A stretch of 63,227 nucleotides of DNA, counting the filler, from Licmophora abbreviata (taxonomy: Eukaryota), in the NCBI GenBank assembly GCA_900291995.1. It is 10 parts of 10 records of this genome, joined end to end, with 100 filler letters (N's around TTAATTAATTAA, not from the genome) between each part and the next. Parts side by side here need not be neighbours in the genome. Positions count along the whole stretch, not along the records: positions 1 to 17,357 come from OLMU01002485.1; 9 more parts are not named here. One strand, written 5' to 3'. The notes below the pieces were generated by a model. The model was given only the letters and a program-made list of their open reading frames with translations, was not told the origin of the DNA and ran no database searches. Both the position numbers and the translations under genes were made by a program. This document shows, piece by piece, positions 1 to 11,988 of the stretch; position 1 is the first letter of the stretch, and each line of letters opens with the position of its first letter.

Positions 1-603
1 AGCTTGTCGTATCCATAGAGCAGCATCGTGATAGCGTTGATGCTAGTGAGATACGCGAAGAGCAGCGGTAAACCTTGACACCACAGAACGATGGACGCGG
101 TGACTGTCAAGATGGCGAGGAACGTCGACTGCTGCTGCCGCTTCCTCCACGAGTGTCTCCGCATCACACAGCACTATGCAACCGGCAAAAAGTCGACTCC
201 GTTCCCATGAAATGCATGAAATGGTACAGACAAAAATGAACGCTGACAGTATCAGCATTCACTTCTCATCGTCCGCCAGCTCCGGGATGCTTTGATGCTA
301 TCGTCAATTGTCATCTTCAATATCTTCTGCAAGTATACTGAGCGCCGGCGCTGCGGCTCATCTCTCGAACGCGCCTCTCTACCACCGCGCGAAACCCGGC
401 GCCTTACCATAACCGGTCGCATCTCACCGCGTGTGTACTTTAAGTGCTAGGGGTACCTGTGGTAACTCTCTCGACTTCGACACTCCAACAACGAGCACTA
501 GAATAGAATCTAGCGTGGCTCCTAACGTAGAGAGAAGGCCCCTTAGCTCGGCTCCCTGCTTACTGCAACGTTACTTATGCAATATTCATGTATGAAAGAG
601 GGA

Positions 604-2036
604 CTACGTCCTCGCGCTTCTTCGTCCAACCGCTGACATGGCATGTGCCCACAATCGGATAACCGCAATGGTCGATCTGTCCGTATCATAGACAGAATAC
701 CACCCTTGTCTTTCATGCGGGGGGTCTCCAATAAACTCATCTCCTGGTACCCACCATTCATGAGCGGCTCGTCCTTGACCGGCCCATGCCCAAAAGTTAA
801 CTCCCGCCATCCCTTGGCCGTCGCTTGCTCGATGATGTATTTCCGAAAAGACAGTGTCGTAAAAGTCATCTCTGGCAGTCGTAGGAGAAGCATCCGAGAG
901 GTCCTCATTGTCACGCGCTATTCCAAACTCTCCAAGACAATCGGCTTGTCCACTCGTTCGGCAACGCTTGTATGTTCGTCGAGATAGGCGAGTGCGTGAC
1001 GTTTGGCCGAGTCGATGGTTCCACTATGGTTGTGTGGATCGTACCAATCCCAATTCTGAATCCAAAGGTGTATTGTCACATAGTCAATCTCGGGCAACTC
1101 ATGAATACGAGTAAACTGAGTTCCCGCATAGAGCGGAAAAGGAGTCTTGCCTTCACTGCCCACGCTCACCATGTGACACGGGTCGAGGCTCTTGATGTAC
1201 TGCGCCGTTTGTCGAATCCAGTCATAGTAATACGAATTGCCGCGAAGTCCTAGTCCCAAGCCTCGTGGCTCATTGGCAAGCTGCCAGGCCATAATGGTCG
1301 GGTCGTCCTTGTACAAGCGATGGGTGTATGTATTGTTGCGATGAAGTATGGTGTGGATGTGATTTCGAAAGGCGGCTTGTGCCGCGGCGTTTTGATAGAA
1401 TCGAATCGTGAACATTTGATAGTCATGCCATGAATTCTCTTTCTCGTTGGGGTAGGGAATAGCTTCTCCCGTTTCCCACGCAAGATACTGCGCCATACCC
1501 CCCGACCAGTGCCACATGTTGTTGAGACAGAGTACAGCGTACATGTTTCGCTTTGCCATTTCCGACAAGACAAAGTCAAGACCTTCCAATACAGCTGGAT
1601 TATACACTCCGAGATCTGGTTGTAAGGAGGGAAGAATCCTCCAGCATGACGTTTTCTCGTCTCCGTCGTCGTCGCAATCGGGTCCTTCTGTGCCGGCCAT
1701 GATGCGTAGATTCGTACTGCCCATTTCGTGCAAGCGATCCAATTCTTGTACCAATCGTTGTTTCTTTAGATTCATTCCGTACCAGAAATTCGCGCCAACA
1801 AAGTAATAAGGAACTCCGTTGACCTCAAAGTGTGTGTTTTGGGTGGCATGACGACGCCGAACTTGAACAAAGTCGTCGGGTGGTGTTAGACATGTAGTAG
1901 TAGTGGCATTGTCGTGTCGTCGTTCTCTCCCATTCAAAAAGATCTGAGTCAGACTCAAAAAGACAATCTCCGCTATCACTGCAAAGGCGAAAAGCGTGGG
2001 AAGGGACATGCTGCGGTTCGTTCGGCGGCGGCGCAT
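604..2036 (-). CDS. GH5 (GH5_7-like) beta-mannanase/mannosidase, N-terminal membrane anchor; 1-nt frameshift at ~930
   Basis: Motifs YFVGANFWYG, NNMWHWSGGMAQY, YKDDPTIMAWQLANEPR (acid/base Glu), TIHLW and GDPPHERQGWYSVYDTD. ORFs 918-2384 and 604-810 join as KPIVLE(E)FGIARD if one G is restored at ~930. Start placed at MRRRRTNRS, just before a hydrophobic helix. Confidence 0.9.
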
Positions 2037-2313
2037 GCTCTTGCTGGCACATGAAGAAGGAACATCATGGTCGCGTCGTTCCAACCAAGGTTGTGCTTCG
2101 CGCCAAATTTTTGGATCGAATCTGTCATGACAGCGCCAAGGACATTTTCCACTTATGGCAGCAGTTGCACATGCGTCAGCCTGTCGAAACAGATGCGTGT
2201 CTTTCTGGAGATCCGATCGCGACGACCGCGATGTGAGTGTATTTTTTGGGCCGACGAGCATGATGGGTGCAGAAATAGTAGCATGGAGGTCCAAGGCGGC
2301 GCCCGTATGGACC

Positions 2314-3219
2314 ATGACTAGCGTGGTTTCAGTCCTCGGAGTCATTCTGGTACTCGTGGTGGACAGGACGAGCGCGTTTTCCATCCATCAGGGCGCTACG
2401 ACGCTTCGAATCGTCCAGCCCATCACTCAAACAGTTAGTACACGCCTGGCTTCTGCCATTCCTCAAGACCACGACGGCCATCGTGCCTCTTCTTCTCCTG
2501 TCAGTACCATCCCTTCTCACGACGAATCTTCGCCATCAGCAGTGTTTGGAACACCGCTGAACGACGAAACCAAGACGCTCAACAAGAAAATGGTGCATGC
2601 CGTCAAGACCATGGTTTTCGATGTGCTCTTTCAAGGAGAGTCCATCGATCGAGCCTACGGTCGCTTCTACGCGCTGGAAACTATAGCTCGCGTCCCGTAC
2701 TTTTCCTATGTCAGTGTTCTGCATCTGTACGAGACGCTGGGGTGGTGGCGTCGTGCCAAGTACATCAAACTTCACTTTGCTGAGTCCTGGAACGAGAGTC
2801 ATCACTTGCTGCTCATGGAATCTCTAGGTGGCAATCGACGGTGGATCGATCGCTTTGTGGCGGAGCATGCCGCCTTCTTTTACTACTGGATCGTCGTCAT
2901 GGCCTACATGATGAATCCCACCTTTGCCTACAATCTCAACGAGGCCATCGAACAGCACGCTTTTACTACCTACAGCACATTTGTCATTCAGCACAAGGAC
3001 TGGCTCGAGACGCAGCCCGCTCCAAAGTTCATTCAAGACTACTACCGTGATGGAGACTTGTACATGTTTGATGAAATGCACATGGCACCATCCACGCAAG
3101 TCACGAGACGGCCCAAGTGTGATACACTCTATGACGCCTTTTGCAATGTCCGAGACGACGAGTGGGAACACGTCAAGACAATGGAGTTTTTGCAGCAACA
3201 ACAAAAATCAGAAGAGTAA
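2314..3219 (+). CDS. PTOX: Plastid terminal oxidase (alternative oxidase family, di-iron)
   Basis: RFYALETIARVPYFSYVSVLHLYETLGWW, HFAESWNESHHL, EQHAF and RDDEWEH iron-ligand motifs. Signal peptide followed by TSA-F plastid motif. Confidence 0.93.
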   Translation: MTSVVSVLGVILVLVVDRTSAFSIHQGATTLRIVQPITQTVSTRLASAIPQDHDGHRASSSPVSTIPSHDESSPSAVFGTPLNDETKTLNKKMVHAVKTMVFDVLFQGESIDRAYGRFYALETIARVPYFSYVSVLHLYETLGWWRRAKYIKLHFAESWNESHHLLLMESLGGNRRWIDRFVAEHAAFFYYWIVVMAYMMNPTFAYNLNEAIEQHAFTTYSTFVIQHKDWLETQPAPKFIQDYYRDGDLYMFDEMHMAPSTQVTRRPKCDTLYDAFCNVRDDEWEHVKTMEFLQQQQKSEE

Positions 3220-3368
3220 GCAAGCTGTGGATGAGGAGGATTATCTATCATGGTGGGTGGTTTCAGTCCCATACGGCTAGTCCATTGTCATTTGAAATCA
3301 AACACAACAGTCTTTCGTATGGACGAGTGTAAAGTTCGTTTGCACTACTACGAAGTATGTTTCACGTA

Positions 3369-5028
3369 TCAACGTAGATCGAGGTCGCTATCATCGTCGC
3401 CGTCCTCATCATCACTTCCAAATCCCAGGGCGTCTAATTCGTCCTGGAGAGCGTCACTCTTCAACTGTCTCACAACGTCATTGTCTTCGCTTTCATCATC
3501 GCTGTCACTATCCTCACTCTCTTCTTCCTCCTCCTCGTCAGTGCTATCGTCTTGCGCCTCCACCACTCTGGTGGGCACTGCACCTGGAGATTTCTTGGGA
3601 AGCTTGCCGATCTCCTTGTCGAGTTCGTCGTCGACAGCAGTGCGACCCTTGGGTTTGCTCGTCACATTAGTGGCGACGTTGCGTCGCGCTACACCACTGA
3701 TACGAAGCTGCGAAACCAAGACGCGCAGCGATTCGGGAAGATTCGACAGTGCCGCACGGTTCGACCCAGAAGGCGAGCGCACCTCCTCCAATGCATCCCT
3801 GTCTCGAGCCAGTACCGCCGTAAAGAGCTCTTCTGCCAACTTGCACTCGCGTGACGAAAGGTAAAAGTCCTTTTGGACATGAACTTCCAAGAAATACTGT
3901 CGTGCAGCAATCGGATCGCCCATGGCCAGCATGAGTATCGTTTCAACAATGTAGCTGCGCGACAAGGACAGCGTCGAGATGCCGTCGGCTTCGAGAATGG
4001 CGGACGCGGCTCCGGCGGCGTACAAGGCAGACGCGAACTCGCCGTACCGACAAAAGACATTGACCAACTTTTGCAAGGGTTCGTGCGCATAGGCCTTTTT
4101 CACCATCATTTCCTTGGCAAGTGCCATACTTTCCAATGTCGTCTGTTTGTCGCTTGCAGCATCAGGATCGACGTACGCGCTGATACCCGTTTGACGGTAG
4201 CGACCATAGCGATTCAAGATATCCGGCACGTGTGCTTCGACTGCTTCCTCCAGTGCCGTCAGCGCCTCCTTTTCAATCAGCGTCGCTTCATCTTCCCACA
4301 ATAGGGCCAGTCCTGATTCTACTCTACACGCCGCCGCCTTTCCACGTTCTCCCATTTGCAGGAAGGCATTGGCCGCATCGCCATGCAACTTCCATCCCTC
4401 CTTGCGCTTCCGTTCCGTCGACTCCTCCGAATCTTGTACTAGATCCGCGGCTCGCGTGTATTCCGATGCCGCCGTGGCATATGTACCCTGACTCATTTGC
4501 AAGTCAGCAGACGCAATGCGATGCAACCGTTCGAGACGATTCTCTCCACACTGCTGGTATGCATCGGCGGCGCGCTTGTACAGGATCCCCGCCGAGACGG
4601 GATCCGGTCGACTGAGCAATCCACGTGCCATAGCTTTCTTGGCCTTGTCGCGATAGTCTTCCGCCTCCTTTAGCTTTTCGACCTTGGCTGTTCCAGAGAG
4701 TACGGACGTGATGGATTTCTTTCGGGAGGATTTGTCCTTGTCACCGGTGGCTGTTGTGTTGTACGAGTATCCGCGCGCGACAGGTCGCTCATCTGCGGCG
4801 GCGCTGTCGCTGCTTGTACTGCGAGCAGCCGTTCTGCTAGTAGCACTGCTTTTGGATTTTCTGCTGCTTCTTTTCGGTCCCGCCAGCGGCACCGTCAAAC
4901 AAGGCATCGCGATTGGCTTTTGCATTTCGTTTGTGTTTCGGTCCACTGCGGTCTCCTCCAGCAGAGGAAGACGAAGGTCCAAAGAGACTGTCTCGGTTGG
5001 AAGCAGCGTCGCGCTTGTAGTGACTCAT
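3369..5028 (-). CDS. Gamma-SNAP-like helical-repeat protein; probable frameshift at ~4870
   Basis: AKKAMARGLLSRPDPVSAGILYKRAADAY resembles the gamma-SNAP N-terminus; acidic tail ends DLDLR. The long ORF lacks an ATG start. The overlapping ORF 4837-5028 (MSHYKRD, repeated NRDxLF) supplies a plausible N-terminus. Confidence 0.65.
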
Positions 5029-5354
5029 GGTAAGATAGGATCAAGGCGTGTTACACTAGCAGCAAAAGGAGTGTCATACGTGAGCCGCTTGTTCTCGCTG
5101 TTCACAAAGATCGCCGCCATTTTGAGGGGCACAAGTCTCGACGTCTGGATGTCGCGCAAAAGACGAAAGGTCATCGATTCCGGATTCGCCCTGGTGTTCT
5201 CACACATGGATGCCTCCATAAGTAACTCGAGCCACGACTATCGCCACAAATTGAGCGAGTTTCGAAACAACACGACCTCCCCTCCCCCACCCTGTGACGA
5301 CACTGCAGCGCACTCGACTTTGATATTGTCAGAGACGCAGCGAAGCATACGATC

Positions 5355-7202
5355 ATGAATCAGACGAAACGACAACGAATAGAAAACAGCGAAGATCCAG
5401 GACTGGTGGCATCGCTGGATTGTTTGACCGGCCCACCCAAGCTGCAACCCTGGCGGGACGTCGTGTCACAATGGGACCGCCGTAGTAGTATTGGTCGACC
5501 CTTATCGTTGTCCTCTTATGTATCGCTTCATCGATGTATTGTCCTGCATATTGGCTACCTTTCTCTTGGGTCGAATACGGATAGTATCGGTGAAGAGGTG
5601 TTGGTATTGCTGTTCTATTGCTGGAGACGACTGCTCAACAGTCAAACATCTGTATCGCCATCGCCTTCCAAGCGTAGTGTATTTGACTTGATCGAACGAG
5701 ATGAAATTGAAGAATCTGTGGAGCTCCTAGTCCGTTCAATGACGCATCACTATACAGTCCCTTCCGTTCTCAACTTTGGAGTGGATATTGCTGATGCATA
5801 CATGAAACACGGAAACAACAAACCACGCACGATGACAATGACGAACGCCTGTCGTGCTTGCAATGATGTGAACTTTCTATTGTGTTTCGTGAGAGTGGTG
5901 GGGAGAGATAAAGGAGTGTCTGCAGATGCTAAAGTGAAAGCTATGGAGCTGTTGAAGAAAGTGACGAGCAATCATGACTCAACCGGGGAACTCTCGACCG
6001 GCCAAGTGCTGTACGCGTGCGCTAGATTCATCCTGTCGAAGACGGACGACAACCCGAACTTACTTATCGAATGCAACTTCTCTTCGTACTTGGCGGACGA
6101 GGATGAGAGATATCAAATTCTGGGAAAGGCCCTTTTCGCGGCAGGGGGCAATATTGGCGTGGCGACAAAGGATATCGAAATGCATAATGTTGTGCTGTTC
6201 CTTAGAGGGCTCTGCTGTTCGCAGACCCTAGCCCAGCAATTGTCGGAAAGTGCAACTGCTCTCCAGTTCTTGTGTGACGAACTGATGACTGATAGTGCCA
6301 GCGAGAATTTAGAGCTGGCTTGTGAGGAAGCCGACTGTATATCAAGGATCCTTTGTGCAGGTAGTCCGAAGCTACCGGAACGCTTGACACTCTCTCTCAT
6401 TGAAGTAATATGCAAGACTCATCTAGGGGTCGCGAAACGATGCTTAGCGGGCCTCATACACGCTACAGACAAATCAAATGCTAACACAGAGCTACTTCAA
6501 ACTTATGCCATGGAACTTGTCCCAAGACTGGAGGAAATCCTTCATTCCTCGACCCAGCGTCGTGGTGATCCAAATCACTGTCAAGGTCAAACTACAAAGC
6601 TCCTGTGTCGTATCGCGACGACTCTATCATCCCACACCACAAGCTACTCTTCCAAATTGGACTTTGTGCTAACAAGTATTGCCTCTGCTTTGCTTACTAT
6701 AATAACATCGCCAGTGAGAAATCATGCGCTTACAACGATGCGTCAGGTTTCCATGCACCCACGCTTCCGACATTCCCTTGGTGCGTCGTTTAAGATTCCC
6801 ACCGCGATTGCTCTCACTGCAATGGACGACTTTGGTACTTGGGAGACGAAATCGCTAGCAGTGAAAATTCTGTACAACCTTTCGCAAGAACCATCTAATC
6901 GACAGATACTCGTGCGCCAATCCAAAGTGATAGACGCATTGATCGCTATTGTTGGTTCGTCACATGTGGATGCAGATTCCAACCCAAACAAGAGTCGACT
7001 TGCGGCTCGTCAATTCGCGGTCCAAACGCTTCTGCAACTCGCTTCTCTTGTATCGAATCGCCGCATCTTGGCAAAACAAGCAGGTTTGTTGTCGTGTCTG
7101 ATTCGCTATGCCCGTTCCATGACGGTCTCAGACGAGCGTCGATTGGATTGTACAAAGGATGTCTTGAAGCATGACATTTTGAAAATGGCAACGTTGCTTT
7201 GA
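5355..7202 (+). CDS. ARM/HEAT-like repeat protein
   Basis: 615-aa Leu-rich ORF; C-terminal LAVKILYNLSQEPSNR and LLQLASLVSNRRILA look like armadillo repeats. Confidence 0.65.
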   Translation: MNQTKRQRIENSEDPGLVASLDCLTGPPKLQPWRDVVSQWDRRSSIGRPLSLSSYVSLHRCIVLHIGYLSLGSNTDSIGEEVLVLLFYCWRRLLNSQTSVSPSPSKRSVFDLIERDEIEESVELLVRSMTHHYTVPSVLNFGVDIADAYMKHGNNKPRTMTMTNACRACNDVNFLLCFVRVVGRDKGVSADAKVKAMELLKKVTSNHDSTGELSTGQVLYACARFILSKTDDNPNLLIECNFSSYLADEDERYQILGKALFAAGGNIGVATKDIEMHNVVLFLRGLCCSQTLAQQLSESATALQFLCDELMTDSASENLELACEEADCISRILCAGSPKLPERLTLSLIEVICKTHLGVAKRCLAGLIHATDKSNANTELLQTYAMELVPRLEEILHSSTQRRGDPNHCQGQTTKLLCRIATTLSSHTTSYSSKLDFVLTSIASALLTIITSPVRNHALTTMRQVSMHPRFRHSLGASFKIPTAIALTAMDDFGTWETKSLAVKILYNLSQEPSNRQILVRQSKVIDALIAIVGSSHVDADSNPNKSRLAARQFAVQTLLQLASLVSNRRILAKQAGLLSCLIRYARSMTVSDERRLDCTKDVLKHDILKMATLL

Positions 7203-7265
7203 GAGAAACGCGAGGAGTACTGTGCCCGTCTCAAGTCATCCTGCGATTCGTGACACGTTCGCTTT

Positions 7266-7793
7266 CTACTTTTTGGTCATTCGCACCTTGCCGCCGACGA
7301 GCTTCAAAGCTGGCAGTCCACGTATGAGAGCCGATCGGGCAAACTTGGTATCGCATTTGGGACAGTGCCATTCTGTTGCAGGTGTGTCACTGTCTTTCGT
7401 GGTAGTAGTACTCCCCTCGGCTTGATTCTTTTTCAACAATCCTGCGGAATCTTCGCTAATTCGTTCTATAAAACACTTGACTAGATTGGACTTGGTGCCA
7501 TTCTTCTTCTTGTATCGAAAGAGTCGTTCGCCACACTTGCTGCAGTTGACACTGACAGTCTGGTACGAATCAATCACTGCGCCGCGTTTCGGTTTGGCAG
7601 AAAGAAAGGAAGCAATCCTAGAAGTATTGCAACGAAAAGAAGTGAGCGGACGGGCTGACGTTGATCTGGGTGGCCCGCCGCTGCCGATGAAAGCGGGGAT
7701 GTTTGAAGCTGTTCGTGCTGCCCACGCGACAGGGACATTTGCCTTCCCAAACCAAATTATCAGCCCAGCCGAGAATCTATTCATCGTCAACAT
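7266..7793 (-). CDS. Small zinc-ribbon protein with N-terminal presequence
   Basis: CSKC...LFRYKK...LVKC...CPKC after a Ser/Arg-rich leader; exact start uncertain. Confidence 0.6.
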   Translation of the reverse strand: MLTMNRFSAGLIIWFGKANVPVAWAARTASNIPAFIGSGGPPRSTSARPLTSFRCNTSRIASFLSAKPKRGAVIDSYQTVSVNCSKCGERLFRYKKKNGTKSNLVKCFIERISEDSAGLLKKNQAEGSTTTTKDSDTPATEWHCPKCDTKFARSALIRGLPALKLVGGKVRMTKK

Positions 7794-8124
7794 ACTGAGA
7801 ATCCCTTTTTATCAGGTGGTTTGCTGCTACTTTCAACTTTCGTTCAACAGATCCTGCCACAATCATCTTTGTCAAGTTGTCTCGCGACGAAAGATCTTTT
7901 TTCTTTCAGAACGCAATCTTTCTCACTTCAAACTCCGGGTGTGTTCGAGCTATTTTTCGGATCTCGAATTCCAAACTGGCATCGCCAGAATAATATCCCC
8001 ATCGGTCATGGAGTCTTAACTTACATAGATATTTTGTCTGGTAGACCTACAGAACGCTGGGAAACAGAACACCGAAGTCCTCGTCATCGCGTCACAAGAA
8101 AATACCAGCAAAGGCGCCATCACC

Positions 8125-10827
8125 ATGTCAGCAGGAATAGGCGGCAATGCTGCCATGGAGCGGCCCGAATCTGCTCTGTTTGCTGCGGTAGCATGCAAGG
8201 ACTACGATAGAGTCGTCGGTCTCTATGCTGGTCAAGCGCAAGAGGCCATGTGGTCGTATCTTGCGAGGAAAACGAGATGGGATGCCCGCGTCGCGATGGC
8301 GGATAAGAGCGGTACGTACAACTCGGTATGAATTGTACGAGAGAACCGAGAACCTTTGAAGTGGTGTCAACCACCGATGGGGCGCGACGCCATGACGCGT
8401 TTGGAAGAGAGACTATCAGATAAATCTGTGCGAAGTCTAACGATCTTTCGTTTCTTCTCTCGCTTGCTTGTGACACAGAGGAAAAGCTGGATGAGCAGCA
8501 CGCGGCGTATCAGGAAGCGACGATTGCTCCCTCGTGGCAAGGAAGCGTGACGCATTCAGCCATCACGGATGGTGCCGGAAGATCACCGTCGCACGCGAAG
8601 CAGTCGTCGAACGAACCTGCTGCGGATGGAATCTATCAGGATCTCTTACGAGATCTTTCGAGTCTCGTGGAACACACGAAGGAGGATGACTGTTGTGTAG
8701 CTGCCATGTCCGTCGACGAGACGGAGGATAGCATCGGAGCCACACTCGCCTCGGCGGCTCGTCACCGACACATTCGCAGCAGTGGTGATATTTATGCGGC
8801 GGAGCGACTGCTGTGGGAATCCGCGACCTCCTTGACCAATCTTCAGCCCCCTGCATCCTTTGCTGTCTATCAGAAAGCCTCTGACGACGACAGAGACACC
8901 ATGGATCTCTCCTCCTCCACGGGCTCGATTCTTGTCGAAGAGTTTGACGACGACGACGACGACGAAACGAATAGAAACAACCACAAACTGCCCTTGTTTG
9001 ACGGTAGCGTGGCCAATGCGACGCCTCCTCCCTTGGGAACTCGTCCCGGAGAACCAACGGGAGGCTCCGGAACCATTCTGCACATGGCTTGCGCTTTGAA
9101 CGATCCACTTGCGCTCGCCGTGCTCCTCATTCTAGGTGGCGATGCCCGTGCGCCGCACACGGCCTTTCGTCGGTTGACGATTCACGAGGCGGCATGCTGT
9201 GGATCTGTGGACTGTTTGAAGTTTTTGCTGGAGTTGGGAGAGCAGTGTCGGAAGACGTTGTTCGGAAACACGGCCCAAGTTCCGGCGTCATCGAGCTCTC
9301 GGATGTTTCCCGAGATGCGATCGCGGCGCGAAATCAATGACCAGCGACCGACTGTGCCCAAGAGGTACGAAGGATTTCTCAAGAATTGCATCGATCAGGA
9401 TGGCCGCGGCAATGAAAAAGTCGCTCTCATTTGTCGAGATGTTGAACGAGATTCGAGAAGTTTCGCAGCAGGTGCAGGATGGCTTTCTCTCTCGGCTCGA
9501 CGCGGCGCGCGTCTTGGTGTCCGAAGCTCAGCTCTCTGATGCCACGTGCCTGGCCCTGGCTCGCTCCTGTAGCTTTGCTGAATCCTCGACCGATCGGCCT
9601 TCCTCGTACTTGCGTGTGCAGGGATATGCCGATGGTCATGGTAACACACCTCTTCACTGGGCCGCCTTTAAGAATGAAGTTCATTGTGTTTCGCTGCTAC
9701 TCCGCTACAAAGCTGACCCCGACGCACGAGCCTACCCTTCAGGCTGGTCTCCATTGCACGATGCTGCCTACAGCAACTCTGCCGGGTCGCTTGCCGTGCT
9801 CCTTGAGGCGGGTGCGAAGGTGGACGTGCGAGCCAACAGCGGCGCCACGCCCCTTTGCTTTGCGGCGCAAGAGGATTCAGCGGACGCGGCCAAGTTGTTG
9901 TTGGACTGCGGTGCCGATTTGAGTTTGCGGTGTGCCACGACGAGTGCGAATCGTGATATGACGGGTGTCGGTGGCTTTCATCATCATCCTCAAACGCACG
10001 GTCGCTTCAGTGGCTACACACCGCTTCATTACTGTGCTCATTACAATGCTCACCATGCAGCGAAAGTACTTTTGGCGCACCCGTCTGCCCAACAGGCCAT
10101 GGATATTCCGGATTTGAATGAGCGACTTGCGATTCATGTTGCTGTGGCGAGGGGAAGTAGTGATGTCTTACGTGAACTGCTGCATGCAGGCGTCCGGGTT
10201 GATACGACGGTGGGAGACGAGGAAGAGAATGCTGCTTCCGAATCCACTACAGCCATGTCGCCTCCTCCGGCTCGACCAACAGCGTCGCTCCCCATTGCTG
10301 TGCCCCCACCTCCACCACCCCATCCGCCAGAACAAGACGGACGTATAAGCCCACCGCGATCGCCCCTCAGCGGGACCCCGCCTGTCTCGTCGCCTGTGCT
10401 CCGGTCCATGATTCCCTCGCGACCCATCACGTCGTCCAAGCCATGGAACTGTCTGACGCAGCGTGCCATTGACGAGTGCCGCCGCTTGATCTCCGAGGCC
10501 GAAAGCAACTGGGCACCCAACCGTCACTTGCTCTTTACTCCCACCGACCGAAGAGCTGTCCTCGAGTTGCTTCGCGTTGGCAAACGGCTCGAACAAATGG
10601 GAACTGGTATCTTTATCGATCTCTGGCCGCTCGTGCTCAGCTTTTGCGGACGCGGCTGGTTCGACGTGCCCGACCAGACTAGTCGTCCGGTGGAGCGAGC
10701 TTCAATTGAGGAGGAAGGACGAGAGGAGCATGCTGCTGTCAGCATGGCATCGTCGCCAAATAGAAGGAGGCTTCTTCGAAGACGGTCGACGGATGAGAGC
10801 TTGAGCAGCTTTCGTTTGGACGCGTGA
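8125..10827 (+). CDS. Ankyrin-repeat protein (intron 8312-8478; frameshift at ~9415)
   Basis: GNTPLHWAA, GWSPLHDAA, GATPLCFAA, GYTPLHYCA. GTACGT..CAG splicing joins exon 1 in frame with ORF 8547. ORFs 8547-9539 and 9337-10827 overlap in different frames with no evident intron. Confidence 0.85.
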
Positions 10828-11988
10828 ATTCGCTGTGTTTCAACTATCTGTCATTCGTGCCCTACATGTCAACACGGTGGCAAAAACGTAGTACTTTTAT
10901 TTTGAATACGACTAACAATGGAATGTGAAACAATTGTGCAAGTCAGTTGCTGCTGAAGTTACCATCTGCTCGTTGAAGCAGAACGCCCATCGCAGGTTGG
11001 TGAATAGTAGAGCAAATCCGCTTGACCGAGATGTCGCTCCTAGTTCCACGAGGCGTCCTTTCAACCTCGGTAAATCGGCCAGGAAGTACTATTTCCTCGA
11101 TCGGTTCCACAAGGATGCAAGAATTGTGGGTGGGGTGGAGATGCGACTGCTGGCACTCGTCGGAAGTCGATTCTGCCGCCGTCATCTTCTGTGTTACCGG
11201 TGCTACGAGCACGTACTCGCAGCGCAGAGAGCGAGCAGCAAGAAGCGTTTCGTTTCGTCGAAATGTTCAGTTCGCTTTGTTATTTTTAATCATAAGATGC
11301 GCTGCAGATGTGGCTCTATGAAATAGGGAACAAGAAGGCACAGAGGTACATGTACAATCGCCATTAGACAACCTTGCTCTCGTCATCTGCGATCTTTTCG
11401 ATTCGATTCATTCGAATATGTTCGATTCGAGATATCGCCGACCGCACGCTCGATCGACAATCGTCGTCAAAAGGCACGCGCTTTTCTCGAATTGGATCTC
11501 GCGCTCGCGCTCTCGAAAACAAATCCAGCGGCGCGCCATCTTTCGAAAACCACAGGAGGAGAACAAGTGCAGCTGTGTCAAAGAAGTGCGTACTTCCGTA
11601 AATACAGATGTCGCAGTGCGTCATATGCGGATTTTCCATAAGTGTTTCAAAGCAGCAGACATACCAACTGGGAGTTCGCCAGATGTTCTGGAGCAACAGA
11701 AAGACATCAACAGGTTCGGTTCTCTCCTCGGTCTCACTTCTCTTCCAATTCTGCTTCCATCACCGTAACAACCATCACATTTCTGCGCCTTTGATCACCC
11801 GAAACATTCTCTGTGTTTCTCCTTTTGCTTTCAAACCACTTCAGACGACTTCCTCACCATCTCCTTGACCCGACGGCGCTTTTAAGTCTGCTTCCAAACC
11901 CAAATCTGTTGAAATTATCTGATTTGTTCTTTGCCAAAGAAATCCATCAGATTTCACACCAGTCCTTCTTGCAATCTCCTACCATACG

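Noticed and set aside
1..258. 71-aa hydrophobic-start ORF at the window edge
   Set aside because: No recognisable motif; cannot be supported as a gene.
2036..2384. Apparent antisense overlap of the GH5 and PTOX ORFs
   Set aside because: The likely starts (2036 and 2314) do not overlap; the extensions are ORF-caller artefacts.
10925..11900. Cluster of 75-133-aa ORFs
   Set aside because: No motifs or coding bias; consistent with intergenic/UTR sequence.
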